Source: Octopus sinensis
Lineage: Eukaryota
NCBI RefSeq assembly: GCF_006345805.1
Contig: NC_043005.1
Span: 29,760,001-29,824,000 of the forward strand
Direction: 5' to 3'
Length of the DNA: 64,000 bases
Each line of letters opens with the position of its first letter. Within the stretch, counting starts at the first letter, position 1. The translations under genes and the position numbers were made by a program. Positions 54,619-64,000 of the stretch are shown one piece after another. Under the pieces are notes generated by a model. That model searched no databases, was not told the DNA's origin, and saw only the letters and a program-made list of their open reading frames with translations.

Positions 54619-55364
54619 GTCTATCTCTCTCACACATGTAGAGCTCAGAACACAACAACATTCAAGATACACAATCTCTTATATATATATCACTCATCAT
54701 CATCATCGTTCAAAAGAACACAGTAATAACTGAAACAACAACAATAACCTCAGAACTCGGATCCACATCACCAGCAGTGAGTAGAAAGGAATAGCAACTG
54801 TCACATTCTGACTAAGTCCACCTTGCCTACCAGTACAATGGCTGTTGCTAGGATCTATAGATGTACAAGGGATAGACTGGACAGTGGAGAGCATGCAATG
54901 AGTTCAGATTGCACCCCCATACATTTTGTGACTGCATGTCAAAATGTGCAGAATCTTTTGGAGTGTGGGAATCGACTGGACCGTGACGAAAGTGTCACAC
55001 GTGCCAGCTGTTACTTGGCATCCATTATGCACCACCACTGCATGTCAGAGGGGTGTGTATAGTGAGGTTCTGGACAAAGCAGAAACTGGGTTTAACTGGG
55101 AAGGTAGGTGTGTGGGTTACGTCTACTGGCTGGACTGTTTAACGACCTGGCTGTTGATTAAGGACTGATGGCAGCTATACAACAACAACAACAATACCAA
55201 ACTACTAAATGCCAAACCTACAACAACACACAACACATCACCATACACCACACCTACACTACACCATACACTATTAGTAAACCAACATACACCACTCTAC
55301 ACTATCTCAAAACTACATCACATGCTACAATAACACTCTGTCATACACCTCACCCTGTATTCAA

Positions 55365-55645
55365 CTCATGATCAAAAGTTCATAAGTTCAATCCTCAGCA
55401 GTGTGGTGTGTTCTTCAGCAAGACACTTTATTTCACATTGCTTCAGTCCACTCACCTGGCAAAAATGAGTTGCACCTGAAATTCAAAGGGTTAGCCTTGT
55501 TACATTCTGTATCTCATTGAATCTCCCTGAGAACTACATTAAAAGTGAACGTGTCTGTGGAGTACTCAGCCACTTGCATGTTAATTTCACAATTAGGTTG
55601 TTCCATTAATTGAATCAACCAGAACACTTACTGTCATAACCAATG
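55365..55645 (+). mobile_element. Older tRNA-derived SINE
   Basis: gttcaatcc B-box-like motif; tgtgttcttcagcaagacact core. Confidence 0.6.
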
Positions 55646-56084
55646 GAGTGTCCAGCCATGCCCCCTCACCACCACCACTACTGTACCATATACTGCACCA
55701 ACACTACACTACCCTACATCGCACCACCATTACCTTGTTACCAATCTATACCAAAAAATCTGTACAAACGATTCTATTACTTTCTCTCATTATCCTTCAT
55801 TGCCTCCCAAATGAGAAAATTATCAAATCTGTCACAATTTTCCATTAAACTCACCAAATATTCCTCATAATTCTAGATTCCTTTAGCAAATCATTATTTT
55901 CTTAATTCTTACTTAATGAGCCTGACACCACACTAATAAGCCTCTTAATTCTTCTTCACATCTTTTCTTCCTCCAGCTGCCAATAACATGCACACAATTG
56001 TACAAATTAGTGATAGGTCTTTATTTCTTGAATTTATTTCCTTTTCAGAGGTCTTACATATCTATTAAGATCTGTTTTTCAATT

Positions 56085-56137
<53 letters not shown>

Positions 56138-57121
56138 TATATTGTTGTTCTAAGTATTATGCTGTTTTCTTTCATTAGATGTATATTATTCTGTATCATG
56201 TAATACACATTTATCACATAGCGTTATTCTAATATTTACTCATTAGATCCATATCATATATCAAATTTATCAAATATATTTTGTCACGTATTCCCAATAG
56301 GTGCACTTTGTGTTTTGTGTAATTATGTTTTATCATATACACAAGATATCATCTCATCAGATATTTCCTTTAAATATGTTTATGTACACATAATGTTATC
56401 TGTTTATGTTATTTTGTCATGTATAGGAATGGGCTCCCACTGTATAATTTTCTTATTATCATTTCTATATGCATAAAATAAACACGTAAACACACACACA
56501 CACAGATATATATATATAATTAAATTTAACGTGTGGCTCTGTTGACTAATTATATTGAGGATCCACTGATAGCATCATACCACAGCATGAGTTTGATGTA
56601 GTTTTAACTCAGACTCCAAACATCTCTGGTAATTTGCTGCGCATTAGTTCATCTACTTACACGCCTGTATGAACAAACACACACACACACACACACACAC
56701 ACAATAACTTTATATAAGATATCTTGTATAGTTATATTTCCTCCTTAGGTGTATACCACCATATATCATATATTTTATCTCAGCCACACAATTGTTCACA
56801 ATAATGCCGCGAGTATTTCGGATTGCTTCAATTGATAAAAATTCTACAAGTTTTTTTTTACTTTGATTTTTTTGTTCTTATTGCTTCCACAACACAGACT
56901 GTTGTTGATTTCATAAATGCATGTGTGTATAGATATGCGTTTATATAATGAAAATAATCTACAAATGTTTTTCAAGGCATGTGTTTTACAAATATATCAA
57001 TCTTTGATTATACACAATACACAACACAATACTGTATCCTCTATATACATTTATCACACTGTGATATCTTTCCATAAGGTGTGATTATGTGTTACACATG
57101 CACACACACACACACACACAT

Positions 57122-57154
<33 letters not shown>

Positions 57155-57275
57155 ATTAAGGATAATCTCTTAATAAGGGATCTTAACAAGAAATTATCGG
57201 GTAGCTAGCGTGAAAACCTCATAAAAGAAAAGAATCCGAAAATAATTTTTTTCTTTTGAACAAATTAATTATATC

Positions 57276-57520
<245 letters not shown>

Positions 57521-57750
57521 ATATACCTATATACATATGTATGTATATATGTTTAAGTATTAACCATGGGAGTTGTGCAGTATATTAAAAAAACATGTTT
57601 TGCATTGTGCAAATATTATCTGATGTAGAACTCAATACTTTCCATAGAAAGGACGGATGTGTTTAGATTTCAGAAATTAACAGTCTACTCTAAGTTTCAG
57701 CCCAGCTGGAGAAAACCTCAAAGTAGACTATCAACTTTTGATACACACAC

Positions 57751-57955
57751 ATCATCATCATCATCGTTTAACATCCATTTTCCAGGCTAGCATGGATTGA
57801 ATGGTTTGACAGGAGCTGACAGGGCTGTTCAGGTCCATGTCTGTTTTGGCCCAGTTTCTACACCTGGTTGCCCTTCCTAATACCAACCACTTTACAGTGT
57901 ACAGACTGCTTTTTATGTAGCACCAGCATGGGTGCTTTTTACATGCCACCAGCAC
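57751..57955 (-). mobile_element. RTE 3' tail fragment
   Basis: (ATC)n plus the conserved tail. Confidence 0.82.
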
Positions 57956-58084
57956 CTAAATATATCATTATCATTCAGCATCATTTTTGTCCATTCTGGA
58001 ATGGAAAAAAGGACTTTAAATGATGATGATATAAACATACTTGTATATTCGCTTCCCTTTTTTGAATTTGAATAAACTCTGATA

Positions 58085-58708
58085 GGCCACCTTCTTCATA
58101 GCAAGGTTGTGAAGGAAAGTATCTTGTTTTAAACCTTCATTTTTTTAATTTTAAGATCTTCCACATTTTTAGAGTCCCAGATATCATGACCATTTGTAGT
58201 GTATGAATGTACCCTGTTGCTCCAATAATAATCGGTATGAAGCTGGAAGCATGCCTTGGTTACTGGATTTACTAAATCCTTATTAATGATACATACCAAT
58301 CTGTCTGAAGCAAAGTATGGCTGAACTTGGAATTTCAGGGAGAGAACACAAACCCTTAATTTAGATGCTACAAATGATCATGATATCTGAGACTCTAAAA
58401 ATCTTAAGATGTAAAGGATGACAGTTAAAATGAGATATTTTCCTTTGCAACCTTTCGACCAAGTGAGTAGACAATCAAAATTTATAGATGTCCTCTTTCT
58501 CTTGTATTTTTCGAAACACATTGGTTTCCAGAGGGCAACAGATTTTCACAACAGAATATATCTTTTTCTTGTGGCTCCACACAACAATATCTGGTTCGGT
58601 TGTGTTTCTAACTTGGTGGCTGTTTTAATGCCTAAATTCCACCAAATATTCTTTTGATCCTTCAGTCTCAATATGGTCGACATTTGTAGGTGTTTTCTTT
58701 TTTATCCT
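58085..58708 (-). mobile_element. Old R4/Dong-type RLE LINE 3' fragment
   Basis: Minus strand reads KHN..PDIVVW, ICCPLE and FIPIIIGATGY; (ATGT)n on its 5' side. Confidence 0.65.
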
Positions 58709-59459
58709 GTATGTATGTATGCATGTATGTATGTGTGTATGTAAGCGTGTTTGTATGTATGTGTATATGTATGTGTCTACACTACTGTTTCATTACTTAC
58801 ACTACATCCTTATAATTATAATGTTCATTAGCCATTCATTACCCACTCTATAACACTGTAACCTAAGAAGCATGTCTATGATCTGGTTCAGTCACATGAA
58901 TTTGCAGTCATCTGTTGGGTGTTGTTTAGGATATTGTTGTGTCTGATTACATGATATGATTGAAGAATTTTGTGCAGCAATAGGAAACTTTTGTATTGTT
59001 TCTGGTCCAACTCACCTTCCATTCTAAATGTGACAACAAATGTAGCATTTACCTTCCTAGCACTAATTTGCAAACACTTCCCACCAGAACATAATTGTCA
59101 CAAACTGTTCACCTGAAACAATGCTTAGAAACAGATGTAGTCTACAAAAAGTGACTGTATCACAAGATGGACAAACTGAAAAAAATCTGCATTGACTATT
59201 ACTCATGAAACCTACAAATACAGATGCACACATTCTGGAATATAAACAAAATAAAAGCATCCTGGTATGAACGCACCTGTGAATTAAGGGAAAACAATAT
59301 AAGTACAAATATAAAATGGAAGAGTCTTTGCAGAATCACACATAAATGATAATGGAATCTGCATTTGTGCACCTTACAAAAATACAGCATAATCACATGA
59401 AACATGTTTTTAATTTTGAAATGTTTTTGTTGAGGATAAATTAGCAGTTTTATGGAAGG

Positions 59460-59800
59460 GTAATTGGTCAGTTACATCATGCCAGAACTTCACTGGTTCC
59501 TTGAAAGGATGAAAGGCAAAGTTGACCTTGGTTGGATTTGAACTCAGGGTATATATAACCAAAGAAATGTTGCTAAGCATTTTATCCAATGTGTTAACAA
59601 TTTTACCAGTTTAATAATAATCTATTCTGTAATAAGTAATAGGTACAAGGCCTGAAATTTGGGGGGAGGGGACTAGTCAATTATATCAACCCCAGTGTTT
59701 CATTGGCACTTAGTTTATCGACCCCAAAAGGATGAAAGGCAAACTTGACCTTGACAGAATTTGAACTCAGAATGTAGCAACGGGCAAAATACTGCCAAGG
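59460..59800 (-). mobile_element. Two tandem family-B SINE-like copies
   Basis: ggatgaaaggcaaa..gaccttg..atttgaactcag occurs twice. Confidence 0.7.
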
Positions 59801-60746
59801 TTAATAACAATAACAACAAATAAAGAGGAGAGAGAGTGAGTGAGCAATTGAGAAGGAGAGAGGGAGAGAGAGGGAGAGGTTTAATGAGAAGGTTCCCCCA
59901 TGTCATATAGCTCTCCTCCTCACCAGGTATGGGTTATTTATCCTGCAGAAGGAGGAATACAATGAGATGATGTGACTTCCTCATTAGATTCAAGCAAATT
60001 TGTCAAAAGATTTTTTAAAAAAGCAGAAAAAGTGAAAGATCATTTCTTTACAATTTCAACCTAAGCAAATTGTTTTGAAGTTATTTTCTGTTTTATCATT
60101 TGATTGTTGTTGTGACACAAGCAATGGAGACAGTTGTGATTTGGTTGTAGTCAGCAAGCTGACACACTTCTTACAGCTTCTGTGGTATTTATTTCAGCCA
60201 TCTGCATTCTGAGTTCAAATCCTACCCACTTCAACTTCATCTTTCAACCTTTTACTGTTGTTCAGTCATGTACAGGAGTTAATTCTTTCTTTCTTTCTTT
60301 CTGGTGGGTGTGGTGTGGTAGTATGCTGGTAAATCTATGGTATTGGTTGTGATGGTATGGATGTGGTGGTGTGCCAGTGGTTGTAGTGGTGGTTGCAGCT
60401 GAACAGGTTGCAAATTACATCACAAGTAGCAGCAGTAGTGGTGGAGGTGGTGTTGGTGGTGGTGGAGGAGGCAGTAGTTGTAGTGAAGCAATTATTTTCT
60501 TTTCATTCTTTTTCTCTTTCATTTATATTTTTTGTTTTTTTTTTATTTAATTTTTATTCATTTCTTTCCCTTCTTTTCTTTACATATTTACTCTCCATTT
60601 ATATTTTCCCTTCAGTGAATAGAAACATGGAGTAAAGCCGGTCAGATCAGTTAACACACGTGCACAAACACACACCCACACACACACAGAGGCATGCATA
60701 TGCGCATGTGTGTGTGTGTGTGTGTATATATATGTGTGTATATATA

Positions 60747-60785
<39 letters not shown>

Positions 60786-61177
60786 TATATATATGTATAT
60801 ATATATTATATATATAATATATATATATATATGGGTATCAAAATTTTTAATGATATTGGGTCGATAATTGATGAGGGATTGAGCACATCCATGTCTGTTG
60901 TCTGTGCTTTTACTTCTTTTTCCATATATTCTTTTGTTGTCCCTCTGTGCCACATTTTTCATTATATCTATATACATATGTACATATATATATATATGTG
61001 TGTGTGTGCATATATGTATGCTTTTCTCTCTCTCCCTCCCTATATATATATATACATATATATATGTATGTATGTATGTATAATAACTTTTAGATAGATA
61101 TTGATATAGATATTAGGTATATACATACATATATCTACACATAAACATATTACATGTTTTATGTTTTTATATATATG

Positions 61178-61211
<34 letters not shown>

Positions 61212-61281
61212 TATAATATATATATATTATATATATATATATATCTATATATATATATATAGATATATATATATATATATA

Positions 61282-61320
<39 letters not shown>

Positions 61321-61325
<5 letters not shown>

Positions 61326-62199
61326 AGATAAGAAAATGGAGAAATACATCTAAATCAAATATCAATTACCAGATAATACTCAATCACATACTTTATTAAA
61401 CCACCACTTAAGAGACTGTAGGTTTAAACATAAAAAAGCAGAACAAATCAGTGTACATAAAGGAATGTACATAAAAAAGTGTACATAAAAGAGTAATGTT
61501 GTATAATAAGTAGAATATATATAAAAAAGAGAATATAAATATAAGTATAGATTACATCTTACAGCTGTTTCGGCCATGTAGATAAGTATGTCTCATTTTA
61601 CCAATATTAGCCTTATATGGTAGGTCAATATATAGATATAAATGAGACATTTACAAAAATATCATAAGGCCTCTTCGGAGATATACATATACATATGAGT
61701 GCATATACTCACACTCCTATACATATAAAAATATACATATACATAATGATGTAAATAAATAATATAAATTAGTAAACATATGTATAAACATATATATAAA
61801 CATATAAATTAGTAAACATATATATGTTCCACATTCAATGTTTCAGTTTTCAACTTAATATTTTATGTACACTTTTTTATGTACATTCCTTTATGTACAC
61901 TGATTTGTTCTGCTTTTTTATGTTTAACCCTACAGTCTCTTATATGGTGGTTTAATAAAGTATGTGATTGAGTATTATCTGATAATTGATATTTGATTTA
62001 GATGTATTTCTCTATTTTCTTATCTTGTATTAGTAATTTGTGGTAAATCATTTTACCTTTGCGCATATAATACAGTAAATGAATTGATTGCATTGCAATC
62101 CTTAACATTTATGTATTAACTTTGTTGGGTACTTCACTAGCAGTATATTGGATATATGTTATCCCATGGAGGGTTGCATTTACAACCCCTATCTTAATT

Positions 62200-62200
<1 letters not shown>
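61321..62200. mobile_element. Penelope pseudo-LTR-like insert in (TA)n with ~170-bp inverted repeats
   Basis: 61321-61490 is the reverse complement of 61861-62030; the spacer carries an HHR. Confidence 0.8.
61555..61683 (-). ncRNA. Type-I hammerhead ribozyme with variant core CCGAAGA and ~90-nt stem-II insertion
   Basis: UAUCU-CCGAAGA-GGCC...(internal hairpin augucucauuu/aaaugagacau)...GGCC-GAAA-CAGCUG-UA-AGAUG. Confidence 0.65.
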
Positions 62201-62242
<42 letters not shown>

Positions 62243-64000
62243 GTATGTATATAAATATATATATATATATATACATATGTGTGTGTATGTGTATATATCT
62301 GTATATATATGCACACGTGTATGTGTATATATCTGTATATATATGCACACACATATGTTTGTGTGTGTGTGTGTGTGTATGTGTGTGTAAAACTAATCTG
62401 ATTAGCTTTACTGCCTATATTTCTATTCATTAAAAAGAACAGAGACTTATTTATCAAAATAAGAATCCGAAAGTAAAAGGTTTACCAGTGTTTTAAAATC
62501 TGAAGATCAGAAGTGGGTGGTATTCAGAAGAGATGTTCAGAAGAGGTATTCTGAAGTTTCAAGGCTGTGTACAAGACAATACTGAGATGTTGGAGAAAAG
62601 TATACAGAGAACAACAATCCACATGCTCTCACTGAGGCCAAGTGAAAGAAATATTACCATGCTATTATGCGAATTAATTGAATGAGGAGAATATATGACA
62701 GACAGAGAGCCCTCCCTAAGGAGACCCACCAGAGGATCCTGCCATTGTAGTTACCATTATAGTTTGACAGCAAATGTTATGAAGCTGTAACTTTTCAGCC
62801 ATAGCAGATTCACTTCAATTCAATTACATCTGCTATGATTTCAGGAAAGGCATGAATGCCACAGCTTCCGTTCTGATTACTCTAGATACAGTATGTCACA
62901 AGTTTATCTGGAAATAGCAACAGAGAAACCAGTTTGATAGAGTTATAACAAATTATGTGCATCAACAGATATGTAAATTATACTAGATTTGGCTCAGTGG
63001 TTAGTCAGCACATTTCGTGTCTAGAATCTGTTGCAAGTTCAGAATTTTATGTTCTGTGGTTCAATTCCTACCTGATTCTCATTCCTTTGATATGTACAAA
63101 ATATATACTAGATGAACCGAAGTGGAGGGTTGTATGTTAACTGTTGGTTAAAAGCCATGAGTTTGGAGGCTGTCTTTACTGTTTTCTTTAATGAAGAACA
63201 AATGCCTCATCCTAGCTTGATTTACCTTGCATCAATTTAGTACCATAAGAACTACATGAAGCCTTTGTTAACAAAACAGAAAATATTGTTATATTATTTC
63301 TAACATAAGCACATACTGAGAAATTAGTCAAGAAATTATATTATTCAATTATATTATATAATTAAACTGGTACTTTATTGTATTAATCCTGAAAGGATGA
63401 AATACAAAATTGGTCTTCATGGGATTTAAACTCGGAGTTGTCACATAATATTCATGGTATTTTGTGTGATATTCTAACAATTCCACCTGATCATAGTGTA
63501 TAGCAGTTGGTCGGCCTTGGTTGGACAGACATGGCCTTCCATCCATAGCCATACCATAACTTTCTATATCAATGTCCACTGTCATTTTTTTTAATCATAG
63601 TGTGGGTTGAGGGAGACTTGGCTGCTATTTCTAGCAGGTTATGTGGCTGCCAAGAGATTCCTACATTAAATAATACTTTGGAGAGTATAACAGGGCTCAT
63701 GGATTTATAGGGTGAGAGAGACAGAGAGCAGAGGACAAAGGTGTGACATGAAATATATAGATTGTCGGGCCTCTGTTGGTCAACGTTAACTGTGCATCTG
63801 CATATGACCTGTACATGCATTCATCTGCACATGTATGTGCAGGTCAGGTCAAGATTTTGTGAGGAAAAACTAACAGCTGCCCAAGCATGCAAGTCTCCTT
63901 TTTCCATGTCACAGATGTTTATCCAAGGGTTAGGCTGATAATTTGAACCAAAACAGCTTAGCACCTGTGCTGTTATAGGTATTGCTCTCAGAATGCAAAA

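Noticed and set aside
60590-60640. Possible micro-exon after a strong polypyrimidine tract and CAG
   Set aside because: The donor is weak, the 16-nt length breaks frame, and there is no similarity to PDE8.

Overview
Eukaryotic, very AT-rich, microsatellite-dense DNA. The repeat content (RTE LINEs with (GAT)n tails, tRNA/CORE-type SINEs, R4/Dong-type RLE LINEs, Penelope-like remnants) suggests a coleoid cephalopod, probably Octopus; this is an inference. The only host coding sequence I can support is one 54-nt phase-0 exon (28257-28310, +, TCDYAMFGPMRLKHIKLS), which resembles the short second exon of PDE8 phosphodiesterases, so the window is probably almost entirely PDE8 intron. Nearly all ORF-track entries are microsatellite or decayed-transposon artefacts. 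The main unannotated signal is about 10 minimal type-I hammerhead ribozyme (HHR) motifs from about 7 sequence families. They lie in short non-coding, often fold-back inserts; four of these have 12-13 bp target-site duplications (TSDs) and one has a tRNA B-box-like head. Most HHRs are antisense to the putative PDE8 transcript. A second signal is a twice-repeated Dong-3'end/RTE/(TACA)n chimeric arrangement. All coordinates and pairings were read by eye; boundaries of decayed elements are approximate.
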